Shown here: piece by piece, positions 8,512 to 17,933 of the stretch
Layout of the letters: every line of letters starts with the position of its first letter
Position numbering within the stretch: the stretch's first letter is position 1
DNA from: an uncultured Carnobacteriaceae bacterium
Lineage (GTDB): Bacteria > Bacillota > Bacilli > Lactobacillales > Carnobacteriaceae_A
Assembly: GCA_964482685.1 (NCBI GenBank)
Contig: CAYZZA010000001.1
Span: 358 to 64,357, forward strand
Direction of reading: 5' to 3'
Length of the DNA stretch: 64,000 nt
Translations under genes and position numbers: made by a program
Notes under the pieces: model-generated
Seen by the model: only the letters and a program-made list of their open reading frames with translations
Told to the model about the DNA's origin: nothing
Database searches by the model: none

Positions 8512-10710
8512 TTAAATCAAACAACTCTCACATTCATTCACAGTAATTTCTTTTGAATCATCGCCAGTATGGGTGCGAACATAGTAAATTGATTTGATTC
8601 CTTTCGTCCAAGCATAATTGCGGAGTTTGTTTAAATCTCTAGTCGTCATATTGTTCGTGCCACCCTTTTTCCATTCGTATAGTCCTTCAGGAATCACTGA
8701 ACGCATAAATAAGGTAAGGCTCATTCCTTGATCCACATGTTGCTGCGCTGTCGCATACGTATCGATGACTAGGCGCATATCTGTATCATATGCTGACGTA
8801 TAATATGGAAGCGTTTCTTCACTTAAATGCGGAGCTGGGTAATATACGGAACCGATATTTTCTTCTTGTCGATTCTCAATCAACTGAACGATGGGATGAA
8901 TTGAACTGGATGCCTCATTAATGTATGAAATACTTCCTGTAGGCGCTATCGTTGTTAAATATGCATTGTATAGTCCGGTATCCACTATACGTTGATTCAA
9001 GCGAGCCCAATCTGCGCACGTTGGAACAGGGATGTGTTTAAATATGTCTTTGTTTTTTTCAGATGTAAATACAAATTCAGGTTGATCAATGTATTTTTCT
9101 TGCAAGTAAGATCCATCTGCATAACGGGATTTCTCAAATTCAAAAAAAGACGTTCCTTTTTCTACGGCTAGTTTATTGCTTGCAGCTAAAGCGTAGTATC
9201 TCAATGTACGGAAATAAGCATCTGTAAATTCAAGTGCCTCCGCAGATCCATAGTGTATCTGATGAACGGCTAAAGCCGTATGCAGCCCCATAGCCCCTAA
9301 TCCAATTGAATGGTACGCATCGTTTCCTTTTTGAATAGATGGGACCGCTTTGATGTGAGTCATCTCTGAGACCGAAGTCAACGCACGAATGGCCGTTTCG
9401 ATTGCGCCTGGAAAATCAGTGGCTTGAATCATTTCCGTAATATTCGTTGAGCCAAGATTACAGCTAATATCGTGTCCGATTTCTTCAAAGGATAAGTCTT
9501 CATTTAAAGTAGACGGTGTTTGGACTTGCATGATTTCACTACATAAATTACTCATGATGATTTTTCCATCGATTGGATTGTCGCGGTTGGCGGTGTCACT
9601 ATTCAAAATATACGGATAGCCCGATTCCTGCTGCAATTTCGAAATTTCTTGTTCCAATTCACGTACTTTAATGGCATATTTTCGAATGTGTGGATTTTGG
9701 ACCATCGCATCATACTCATTTGTTAAATCCACGTATGAAAAAGGAACCCCGTACTCTTTTTCTACATCATACGGACTAAATAAGTACATAGGTTGGTTGG
9801 TTTTTAATAATTCATAGTACTTATCAGGCACAACCAATCCTAATGACAACGTTTTGACGCGCACTTTTTCATCTGCATTTTCTTTTTTGGTTGATAGAAA
9901 CTCATACACATCGGGATGAAAAATGTTTAAATACACCACTCCAGCTCCATTGCGCTGTCCAAGTTGATTGGCGTAACTAAAACTATCTTCAAATAATTTC
10001 ATGACTGGAACTACACCCGAACCTGCGTTGGCGATGTTTTTGATCGGAGCGCCTGCTTCACGCAAGTTGCTTAAACCTACTCCTACTCCTCCACCACGTT
10101 TGGACAATTGCAAAGCTGAATTGACAGAGCGTCCAATGGATTCCATGTTGTCTTGTACGTCAATTAAAAAACAGCTAACCAATTCTCCACGTGCTTTTTT
10201 TCCTGCATTTAAAAAGGTTGGTGTAGCCAATTGAAGCCGATGCTCAATGTGTTCTTTGGCAATGTTCCATGCTAATGTTGTATCCCCATTTGCTAAATAC
10301 AAGGCCATAAAGCCAATTCGATCTTCGTATCGTTCTAAATAATGTGTGCCATCATTAGTTTTCAGAGCGTATTGATTATAAAATTTGTACGCCCCCATAA
10401 AACTCTTAAAACGGAATTTGTGATCGTATAAAAATTGAAACAACTCTTTGATGAACGCAAAATCGTATGCACGAATAAATGGTTCTTCGATGTAGTCATT
10501 CTCAATTAAATACGTAATTTTTTCCTCTAGTGTGTGAAAAAAAACTGTGTTGGGATTTATTTTTTCTAAAAAATACGCTCTTACTGCTTCTCTATCTTTG
10601 TTTAATTGAATTTCTTTGTCTTTTGTCGGGATATTGACCATATTGTTTAATTTAAAGTATGTAACCTCTTGGGGTTGTTCTATTTTTTTTCTAGGCATCG
10701 GGCTGATCAA
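8512..10710 (-). CDS. nrdE: Ribonucleotide reductase class Ib alpha subunit
   Basis: About 730 aa. Active-site NLCSEI and C-terminal redox pair CESC. The start is either TTG 10710 or ATG 10698. It overlaps the nrdI stop. Confidence 0.93.
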   Translation of the reverse strand: MISPMPRKKIEQPQEVTYFKLNNMVNIPTKDKEIQLNKDREAVRAYFLEKINPNTVFFHTLEEKITYLIENDYIEEPFIRAYDFAFIKELFQFLYDHKFRFKSFMGAYKFYNQYALKTNDGTHYLERYEDRIGFMALYLANGDTTLAWNIAKEHIEHRLQLATPTFLNAGKKARGELVSCFLIDVQDNMESIGRSVNSALQLSKRGGGVGVGLSNLREAGAPIKNIANAGSGVVPVMKLFEDSFSYANQLGQRNGAGVVYLNIFHPDVYEFLSTKKENADEKVRVKTLSLGLVVPDKYYELLKTNQPMYLFSPYDVEKEYGVPFSYVDLTNEYDAMVQNPHIRKYAIKVRELEQEISKLQQESGYPYILNSDTANRDNPIDGKIIMSNLCSEIMQVQTPSTLNEDLSFEEIGHDISCNLGSTNITEMIQATDFPGAIETAIRALTSVSEMTHIKAVPSIQKGNDAYHSIGLGAMGLHTALAVHQIHYGSAEALEFTDAYFRTLRYYALAASNKLAVEKGTSFFEFEKSRYADGSYLQEKYIDQPEFVFTSEKNKDIFKHIPVPTCADWARLNQRIVDTGLYNAYLTTIAPTGSISYINEASSSIHPIVQLIENRQEENIGSVYYPAPHLSEETLPYYTSAYDTDMRLVIDTYATAQQHVDQGMSLTLFMRSVIPEGLYEWKKGGTNNMTTRDLNKLRNYAWTKGIKSIYYVRTHTGDDSKEITVNECESCLI

Positions 10711-11086
10711 TTTTTTCCAACTCCTTTTTTAGTTTTTCAACATCTAATGCGCTTCCTTGAAATTCAAATTCATGCAACAAGGGGAGTCCATATGTTTTTG
10801 ACAATGTTTTGGCTGTCACACAAAATAATTGTGCAAAATTTCGATTTCCCCCACCAAAAAATCCTTTACAATACTCCAGATTGTTTCCAGTTTCCAAAAA
10901 AAGCTCCGCTGTATCAAGGACAATTGGATGCACGTGTTCTTCATATGAAGGGATGACCAGTATAAAAGGTTCCGTCATCTCCCTATCGAATGAATCAGGT
11001 GTCAATTCAACAGGTTCGTATGTCGTGAGTTTGCGGACATATTTTTTTGTTTGTCCAGTTTGAGAATAGAACACTATTTTTGCCAT
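10691..11086 (-). CDS. nrdI: Flavodoxin-like RNR maturation protein NrdI
   Basis: 131 aa. Sits between nrdH and nrdE and overlaps both neighbours. N-terminus IVFYSQTGQT. Confidence 0.85.
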   Translation of the reverse strand: MAKIVFYSQTGQTKKYVRKLTTYEPVELTPDSFDREMTEPFILVIPSYEEHVHPIVLDTAELFLETGNNLEYCKGFFGGGNRNFAQLFCVTAKTLSKTYGLPLLHEFEFQGSALDVEKLKKELEKIDQPDA

Positions 11087-11313
11087 GTATGTACCAATTC
11101 TTGCAGTTTAGATACGTTGTAACCGGTAAAAGAACCCATTTTGTCACTTGCCACAACGGGCAAAGAAGAATACCCCATTTCCTTTACTTCTTCTAAAAAC
11201 AACTCATTTTGATCAACCCTTTTTTCTATAAATGGGATCTGTTTTTTCTCTAAAAACTTTTTTGTAAACACACATTGCCCACATCCACTTTTTGAATACA
11301 CTATAATGTCCAT
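11074..11313 (-). CDS. nrdH: Glutaredoxin-like protein NrdH
   Basis: 79 aa. CGQC redox motif near the N-terminus. SD GGAGG with an 8-nt spacer. Confidence 0.88.
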   Translation of the reverse strand: MDIIVYSKSGCGQCVFTKKFLEKKQIPFIEKRVDQNELFLEEVKEMGYSSLPVVASDKMGSFTGYNVSKLQELVHTWQK

Positions 11314-11352
11314 TTTTTTTCCTCCTTTTATATTCCATCACTTTTGGGAAAC

Positions 11353-11382
11353 AAAAAAACCGTTCATCTCATAGATGAACGG
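11353..11382 (-). terminator. Intrinsic terminator (expression platform of the cobalamin riboswitch)
   Basis: 10-bp stem CCGTTCATCT / AGATGAACGG followed by T7 on the minus strand, about 40 nt upstream of the nrdH start. Confidence 0.85.
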
Positions 11383-11454
11383 AAAAAACGACAGAGTACT
11401 CCCTTGAAAGTAAGTCCATCGTTTCTTTTTTTTCATCCCCGAAAAATAGAAACA

Positions 11455-11625
11455 GCAAATATTGGCAGGTCTCCTGGCTTATGCTTCATCCTACTATAGC
11501 CCTTCCCGTATCTTGACTCATTGGAGTACAAAACACAGTGGTTTGCTAGTTCGTCCACACAAACAGTTGCGGGGGCAGCTCTATTTAAAATAGATTCCCT
11601 TTTAAGACACGTACGTGTCACCATA
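11455..11625 (-). promoter_or_regulatory. Cobalamin (B12) riboswitch aptamer
   Basis: Minus strand reads AAAAGGGAAUC ... GCUGCCCCCGCAACUGU ... CCACUG ... GGGAAGG ... AAGCCAGGAGACCUGCCAAU (B12 box, 11480-11461). All are hallmark conserved blocks of the B12 element. Confidence 0.88.
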
Positions 11626-11929
11626 TATTTGTATTACTATATATTGTATGTATGCATTCTTTTTACTCTTTTTTTACCACATGTCGTATCATACCACGTA
11701 CGAGCCGTAAAACAAGACCTTCCTTAAAAGTTCGTGAAAGATTTTTTGAAAAGACCGTGATGCGTTCTTTTCCTTATGCTCAAGAAACTACGATACTTTT
11801 TGCGCACACATAAAGGCTCCTATATCAAATTCTTTTTTATGCCCATCGAGCACTTTGTTCTCATATTGACCCAACAGTAATGTTACATCTAGACTTATGT
11901 GCGTACGAGAATGTGGCTTTGGTTTTTGC

Positions 11930-13057
11930 TTATTTAAAATTAAAATAATGTGCATATTTTCGAAAGAAAGAAGATTGATTCTCTGTTTCTCGACTAAAGA
12001 AAAATATTTTCAGCAATTGTTTGACAATTTCTTTGACGAACAAGCGAATTTCAGGATCGACGTCGTTGTACACAAAGCTAATTTCTTTCATACTTTGAAT
12101 CGACAGCAATCCCCAAAGGTCATCCGTTGTCTCAACATTTAGCTGCTTGAGTCCTTTGTAAATTTCATCAATCACCATACTTCTTTGTTCGTTCGAGATG
12201 TCTTTTAGCCATGTACTAATAGATGTAGACAGTTGTCTCGATAAAAGGGTCGCTTCTTCTGCAAACAAAAAGTGTCCATCTTCAATCAACCATGAATACG
12301 GGTCGTGTTGGTACAAACTGATACTTTTACTTTTGACAATAAACAAGGGCTCTGAGGAGTTCAATAAAGTACCAAAAAAAGAAAACTGAGGAACATATTT
12401 TTTAGTTAATGCTAGAATATCATCGTATCGTTCAGATTCTACAAATGAAGTCTGAAAGCCAGGGCCATCGAAGTTGTATACTTGTTTAATTTGGTTCAAA
12501 TACATATCATCACTTTTTACGGTTGCATACACGGCCATATTGCCGCCTTTGGAATGCCCACTAATGACTGCATCTAGCGGATATTGCGACAAGATGTTGT
12601 TTACATATACTTTAGCGGATTGTTGAGACGGAACGTATTCTGAATAGGTCATGTTGAAATCTTCTTTCCACCCAAGCATCGTGGCATCCGTTCCACGAAA
12701 CGCAATAAATAAGTGTGTCTCGTCGATTAAATAGGTGATTGCGGCAAACTGCTTCTCAATTTCTTCTACAGCTTCACATTGGAAATCAACAATTTGAATG
12801 TTTGCAAAAATAGGATTTTCGAGCAAAGCATGCATTAAGTACACATGGTTTTGGCGAAATGTACTTTTTTCATTCAATTTGAAAGGTTCATGTGCTACTT
12901 CAGAGACTAACTCCGCAAATCTTAGCGGTAGTTTTTCTTGGAAAGAAGGAATTTTTTCAAATTCAAAATAAATAGACAATGCCAACAACAAAGCATCCAC
13001 ATGTTGGGTAGTGTCTATCTTTGTTTTCTTATTTTTTACATACTCTAGAATCGTCAT
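11930..13057 (-). CDS. Alpha/beta-hydrolase (lipase-like) protein, DUF2974/Mbeg1-like
   Basis: Start trimmed to MTILEYV (ATG 13057, SD AGGTG). Nucleophile elbow GHSKGGNMA in an FRGTD...GW context. Confidence 0.6.
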   Translation of the reverse strand: MTILEYVKNKKTKIDTTQHVDALLLALSIYFEFEKIPSFQEKLPLRFAELVSEVAHEPFKLNEKSTFRQNHVYLMHALLENPIFANIQIVDFQCEAVEEIEKQFAAITYLIDETHLFIAFRGTDATMLGWKEDFNMTYSEYVPSQQSAKVYVNNILSQYPLDAVISGHSKGGNMAVYATVKSDDMYLNQIKQVYNFDGPGFQTSFVESERYDDILALTKKYVPQFSFFGTLLNSSEPLFIVKSKSISLYQHDPYSWLIEDGHFLFAEEATLLSRQLSTSISTWLKDISNEQRSMVIDEIYKGLKQLNVETTDDLWGLLSIQSMKEISFVYNDVDPEIRLFVKEIVKQLLKIFFFSRETENQSSFFRKYAHYFNFK

Positions 13058-13143
13058 TTTACACACCTACATTTCTCAAAAATAAGAGCGCACCTCTCAT
13101 GCAAGTCCATTTAAGTGTACCGCATTTTTTTAAAAATGAAAGA

Positions 13144-13186
13144 AAACAAAAAGACATCTTTTCCTTATTTTAGGAGAAGATGTCTT
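13144..13186 (-). terminator. Terminator downstream of the fused ABC transporter
   Basis: 14-bp stem AAGACATCTTTTCC / GGAGAAGATGTCTT (one mismatch), with a T-rich tail on the minus strand. Confidence 0.75.
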
Positions 13187-13243
13187 TTAAAGAAACTAAT
13201 TAAGAATATCAAATAGTTGTTTTTTATCATTTAGAAACAGCGT

Positions 13244-15328
13244 TTATCCTCTTCTCAAAGCTTCTACAGGATCCAACTTGGCTGCTTTGTTGGCTGGCAA
13301 CAGACCCGCAAGCACACTGATGAGAATACTTACCAAAACCCCAGATAGCGCGAATACAGGCGTCATGTGAAGAACTGTCGCATCAAAAGCTTTATTCGTG
13401 ACGGTATTTCCAATCAATGAAAGTCCAAACGCAATACCAACCCCCAATACTCCACTAAATAAACCGATTAAAAAGGATTCAGAAACAAAGATTCTTCTGA
13501 TATCAATTTTACGTCCCCCTATTGCTTTAATGACTCCAATTTCTTGTGTCCGTTCTACGACGCTGATATACAGAACCGTTAAAATCATAATGGCTGAGAC
13601 CAGCAAGGAAATCCCAGCTACTCCTGTTAAAATATACGTAAAGATATCTAGCATCTGACTAAAGAGATCTGTTAAAACATCCGCCGATGATCCGCCGTAT
13701 CCTAGTTCTTTTACTTGGTCTTTGATTTCTTTTGTGAATTCTTCAGATTCTGACGTAATGTAGAGAATATTGCTCTCAACTGTTTTGTCTACTTCTTCAT
13801 TCAAAGCTTCAAATGTCTCCATATTCATAAATACAGAATCAAAAATTCCTTCAGGACCTGTTGCTTCACCTGAATTATAAATCCCACTAATTGTGTAGGT
13901 ATTTTTTAACGTATCGCCGTTTACTTCTACCTTCACTTCGACTTCTTCCCCAACCATGTCTTCAGGATTTTCTTTGATATTTCCGGCAATCCCTTCTGTG
14001 ATGAGGATTTCATTTTCCTCTGGCATTGTTCCATGCACAATACTAGAAGGAGTCATATCTGGAGAAACTGTCCCAAAATTCATATACGTGTAGGAGTCTC
14101 CGTCAAATTCAATCGCGTTTTTACTAAATGAAAAGGATGTAAACCCTTTTGTAGTACTTTTTACGTGGTCAATCTCTTGAATTTCTGCAATGTTCTCAGG
14201 TTCAAACACTATGACATTTTGTGTTCCAGGTGGGCCTTCAAATCCACCACTGGATCCTTCGCCGCCCGCTAAGTTTGCTGGGGGAAATCCAGATGCTTGC
14301 CCGCTGCTTTGTCCTTTGCTTGCTGCTTCTTCTTTTTCTTCTCGAGCGCTCCGTGCTTCGTCTGTTTCTGTCTCTTCTGTCATCCGCGCTTGAATGATAA
14401 GCGGGTTTACATTTTCATTCATTGTATCGGTTAAATAATCGTTGACTCCCTTTCCAAGAGAAAGCATCAAGACAATACTCATGATCCCAATACTTCCACC
14501 TAACGCAATCAAGGCATTTCGACCAAATTTTTCTTTCATATTGAGGAGAGCCATCCGAATAGCCGAAAACACAGATAAATTTTTATTTGTTTGTTTTTTA
14601 TTTAAAGAGTCGAGTAAAAATGTTCCTTCTACTTTTTTAAGAGGTCCCTTGCGTTCATCCTTGATGATTTCACCATCCGCAATCGTCACTACACGACTAG
14701 AACGTTCTGCCACTCGTTCAGAGTGGGTCACAAGAATGACAAGTTTTCCACTTTCGGCAATTTGTTGGATAATATCAAGTACTTGCTCGCTTGTTTCTGA
14801 GTCCAACGCCCCAGTTGGTTCATCCGCAATGATAATATCGGGGTCATTAACTAACGCGCGCGCAATAGCCACTCGTTGTTTTTGACCTCCAGATAGTTGG
14901 TTGGGTTTCTTGCTGTAATGATCTTTCAAACCAAGTTGATCCAAGATTGCTTTTGCTCGTTCAATCCGTGTGTCTTTTCCAACGTTGGACAAGGTCATTG
15001 CTAGCGTGACGTTATCTAAAATGGATAAATGAGAAATTAAGTTGAAACTTTGAAAGACAAACCCTATTTTATCTTTGTGGTAACGCACCATTTCTTTTTC
15101 TGTGTACTGTCCAATATTTTCTCCATCTACGAGGATATCTCCTGTGAACTTCGAATCCAATCCTCCTAAAAGGTTCATCAGAGTAGATTTCCCACTCCCA
15201 GATTCTCCAATAATAGACACCAATTCTCCCTTATCAAAAGATAAATTGATGTTTTTTAATGCATGAAACTCTGTTTCATCCCCGACAGGGTAGTATTTAT
15301 TCATTTTGCTGACTTCTATTAATGACAT
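13244..15328 (-). CDS. Fused MacB-type ABC transporter (N-terminal ATPase plus C-terminal FtsX-type permease with a large extracytoplasmic domain)
   Basis: Start trimmed to MSLIEVSK (ATG 15328). Walker A GESGSGKST, signature LSGGQKQR, Walker B IIIADEPT. These are followed by TM1, an extracytoplasmic region of about 300 aa, and three C-terminal TMs (FtsX-like, ending DPVEALRRG). Confidence 0.85.
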   Translation of the reverse strand: MSLIEVSKMNKYYPVGDETEFHALKNINLSFDKGELVSIIGESGSGKSTLMNLLGGLDSKFTGDILVDGENIGQYTEKEMVRYHKDKIGFVFQSFNLISHLSILDNVTLAMTLSNVGKDTRIERAKAILDQLGLKDHYSKKPNQLSGGQKQRVAIARALVNDPDIIIADEPTGALDSETSEQVLDIIQQIAESGKLVILVTHSERVAERSSRVVTIADGEIIKDERKGPLKKVEGTFLLDSLNKKQTNKNLSVFSAIRMALLNMKEKFGRNALIALGGSIGIMSIVLMLSLGKGVNDYLTDTMNENVNPLIIQARMTEETETDEARSAREEKEEAASKGQSSGQASGFPPANLAGGEGSSGGFEGPPGTQNVIVFEPENIAEIQEIDHVKSTTKGFTSFSFSKNAIEFDGDSYTYMNFGTVSPDMTPSSIVHGTMPEENEILITEGIAGNIKENPEDMVGEEVEVKVEVNGDTLKNTYTISGIYNSGEATGPEGIFDSVFMNMETFEALNEEVDKTVESNILYITSESEEFTKEIKDQVKELGYGGSSADVLTDLFSQMLDIFTYILTGVAGISLLVSAIMILTVLYISVVERTQEIGVIKAIGGRKIDIRRIFVSESFLIGLFSGVLGVGIAFGLSLIGNTVTNKAFDATVLHMTPVFALSGVLVSILISVLAGLLPANKAAKLDPVEALRRG

Positions 15329-15381
15329 TGCGTTCAACCCTTCCTCTACCTAGTGAGTGACTACTCACTTCTTGTATACTC

Positions 15382-15410
15382 AGTATATTTTCTTTGGTTC
15401 TAATTGTCAA
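15382..15410 (-). promoter_or_regulatory. Near-consensus sigma-A promoter of the MacB-type ABC gene
   Basis: On the minus strand: TTGACA (15410-15405), 17 nt, TATACT (15387-15382). Confidence 0.7.
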
Positions 15411-15481
15411 GCATTCTTAAAAAAAAGGTTTATGCGCAGTACATTGTGCTCTTTCATTTTTTACTTTTTTTCTGTTCCAAT

Positions 15482-15506
15482 AAAAAAAGAGTCGCATCCG
15501 CGACTC
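15482..15506 (-). terminator. Terminator of the thr operon
   Basis: GAGTCGC-atcc-GCGACTC with T7 on the minus strand (plus-strand A-run 15482-15488). Confidence 0.75.
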
Positions 15507-15563
15507 CTTTCCATATTTATTGTTTTTTTGATCATTGTTTAAGTTTTTTGTAGGTAGACTTCT

Positions 15564-16454
15564 TTACAGAAGTCTGGCACCTTCTGGTTCTATGTGTAAT
15601 TCAACCACTTCCCAATGATAGCCTAGAGAAGACAAATATTTTCGGATTGCATGCGCAAGGAAAATATCGTTTTCGTCTACTATGGCCATAATGGTCGGTC
15701 CTGCGCCGCTTAGATAAACGCCTAGCGCATCTGACTGTTCTATATAGCGAACAACTTTATCATACCCAGCTATTAGCGGTCCTCTATACGGTTGATGCAC
15801 ATTATCTTTCAATGATGATTTTAACAACTCAAAGCGGCCATTAACGAGTGCGGAGAGAAGCAAAGAAACGCGGCTGATGTTGTCAACAGCGTCTCCATAT
15901 GAAACACGTTCCGGCAACACCTCACGAGCGCTCTTTGTGGACAATGAGAAATCTGGAATCAGTGCTACAAATTTTAATCCTGGTGCAACAACCAGTTCAT
16001 TGTGATACAGCTGAGTTGCCTCTTTTAAAGATGCTTGCAGCCCGCCAAACAATGCTGGAGCGATATTGTCGGGGTGTCCTTCTATCTCTGTTGCGAGTTT
16101 AAAGACGTCTTCTTTAGACAAAGGAGAGCCTGCTAATTCATTAGCCCCCATCACACCTGCCACAATGCACGTACTGCTGCTTCCTAATCCTCTAGAGATA
16201 GGAATGTGGGTATCCAATGTAATTTTTAACCCTGTTGGGTGGTATCCAATCTGTTTAAATGTTTCTGTCATCGCCACATAGACCAAATTTTCTGTGTCTA
16301 ATTCTGTCTCAATGGCACCTACTATTTCTAATCCTTCTGGTACTTCTTCAAAAGAAAAATAGTTGTACATACTGAGGGCTAACCCCAAACTATCAAACCC
16401 TGGACCTAAATTTGCTGTAGAAGCTGGAACTTGTATGCGGATCATATCATTCAC
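15564..16454 (-). CDS. thrB: Homoserine kinase
   Basis: 296 aa. GHMP kinase motif PISRGLGSSS. N-terminus PASTANLGPGFD. Overlaps the thrC stop. Confidence 0.92.
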   Translation of the reverse strand: MNDMIRIQVPASTANLGPGFDSLGLALSMYNYFSFEEVPEGLEIVGAIETELDTENLVYVAMTETFKQIGYHPTGLKITLDTHIPISRGLGSSSTCIVAGVMGANELAGSPLSKEDVFKLATEIEGHPDNIAPALFGGLQASLKEATQLYHNELVVAPGLKFVALIPDFSLSTKSAREVLPERVSYGDAVDNISRVSLLLSALVNGRFELLKSSLKDNVHQPYRGPLIAGYDKVVRYIEQSDALGVYLSGAGPTIMAIVDENDIFLAHAIRKYLSSLGYHWEVVELHIEPEGARLL

Positions 16455-17922
16455 CTATTTTTAATAGTGTCAACACTATTTCTTTCATTTCTTCTGGATT
16501 GCACTGACTCTTGTGCAAAGGTTGTTTGTCTTTTAGCTTTCGCAATTCAGCCGGAATATCCCGTTTAGCTTTGTGGCTGAGTTCTTCAATAATCGCAAAA
16601 CTATCTTTGTTGGCGGTATCAATGCCAATCGATTCAGCTACTTTTTTACTGAATTTAAAGGGACTTGCTGTAGAGACAATCACTGTCTTTGTCGTATCGT
16701 TTGTTTCCACTAAATATTGTTCGTACGCACTGTGGCCGACTGCGGTATGAGGATCAATCAAGTAGCCGTCTTCTTCAAACACACGTTGGATTGAGGAGGT
16801 TGTATCTGCTTCAGTCGCAAAATATCCTTTAAAATCCTCTAGTTCAATGTTCTTTGTTTTATATTCTCCTTGATTATTTAAGTTCTCCATATACTGTTTA
16901 ACGTCAAGGTCTTTGCCACCACTCAAATGAAACAACAGTCTTTCTAGATTCGAGGATGTTAAAATATCCATCGAAGGCGAAGACGTCAAGATTAATTCAC
17001 GGTTAGCATCATATATTCCGGTATTGAAAAAATCAGTTAACACATTGTTTTCATTAGAAGCACAAATTAACTTGTGGATTGGCAAGCCCATTTTCTTTGC
17101 GTAATAAGCTGCCAAGATATTGCCGAAGTTACCCGTAGGTACAACAAAGTTGACGCGTTCTCCTTCTATTAGCTCATGGGAATTCAATAACTGGAGATAA
17201 CTGTGGTAATAATACACAATTTGAGGAACCAACCGCCCAATGTTGATCGAGTTGGCGGAGGAGAACGTATAGCCTTCTTTTTCTAATTGTTCAATAAACT
17301 GACGATCATTCATCAGTTTTTTTACACCTGTTTGGGCATCATCAAAATCCCCATTAATCGACACAACAAACGTATTCTCTCCCTCATGAGTCAACATTTG
17401 CTTTTTCTGAATCGGGCTCACCCCATCTTCAGGGAAAAAGACGATGATGCTCAATCCAGGTATATTGGCGAAGCTTTCAAGTGCCGCTTTTCCTGTATCT
17501 CCAGACGTTGCGGTTAAAATAATGATTTCCTTTTTCTCGCCCACTTTTTGAATCGATGCTTTTAATAAATAAGGAAGAATGGACAAAGCAACGTCTTTAA
17601 ACGCAAATGTAGGACCATGGAACAATTCTAAGTAATGTTGTCCTTCTACTTCTACTAGGGGCGCAATTTCCTTCGCTGTAAATTTTTCGTCGTACGCATG
17701 TTCAATTGCATCAAGTAGAACCTCTGCTCCTAAATCAGGAAAATATCTTTTAAGTACTTCGTAAGCTAATTCCTTGTAGCTCATATGTACGTACGACTCA
17801 ATTGGCTCCATTTCAGGGATGACTGTTGGCACGTATAAGCCGCCGTCTTCGGCAATCCCTTTCACGATTGCTTCACTTGGAGAAACCATCTTTTGTTTGT
17901 CTCGTGTACTAATATACTTCAT
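16447..17922 (-). CDS. thrC: Threonine synthase
   Basis: Start trimmed to MKYISTRDK (ATG 17922, SD AGGAGGAAG). PLP-lysine motif HGPTFAFKD. Confidence 0.92.
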   Translation of the reverse strand: MKYISTRDKQKMVSPSEAIVKGIAEDGGLYVPTVIPEMEPIESYVHMSYKELAYEVLKRYFPDLGAEVLLDAIEHAYDEKFTAKEIAPLVEVEGQHYLELFHGPTFAFKDVALSILPYLLKASIQKVGEKKEIIILTATSGDTGKAALESFANIPGLSIIVFFPEDGVSPIQKKQMLTHEGENTFVVSINGDFDDAQTGVKKLMNDRQFIEQLEKEGYTFSSANSINIGRLVPQIVYYYHSYLQLLNSHELIEGERVNFVVPTGNFGNILAAYYAKKMGLPIHKLICASNENNVLTDFFNTGIYDANRELILTSSPSMDILTSSNLERLLFHLSGGKDLDVKQYMENLNNQGEYKTKNIELEDFKGYFATEADTTSSIQRVFEEDGYLIDPHTAVGHSAYEQYLVETNDTTKTVIVSTASPFKFSKKVAESIGIDTANKDSFAIIEELSHKAKRDIPAELRKLKDKQPLHKSQCNPEEMKEIVLTLLKIGE

Positions 17923-17933
17923 TTTCTTCCTCC

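Noticed and set aside
11433-11624. 63-aa ORF on the minus strand upstream of nrdH
   Set aside because: It lies entirely inside the cobalamin riboswitch. The conserved RNA blocks explain the sequence, and there is no SD.
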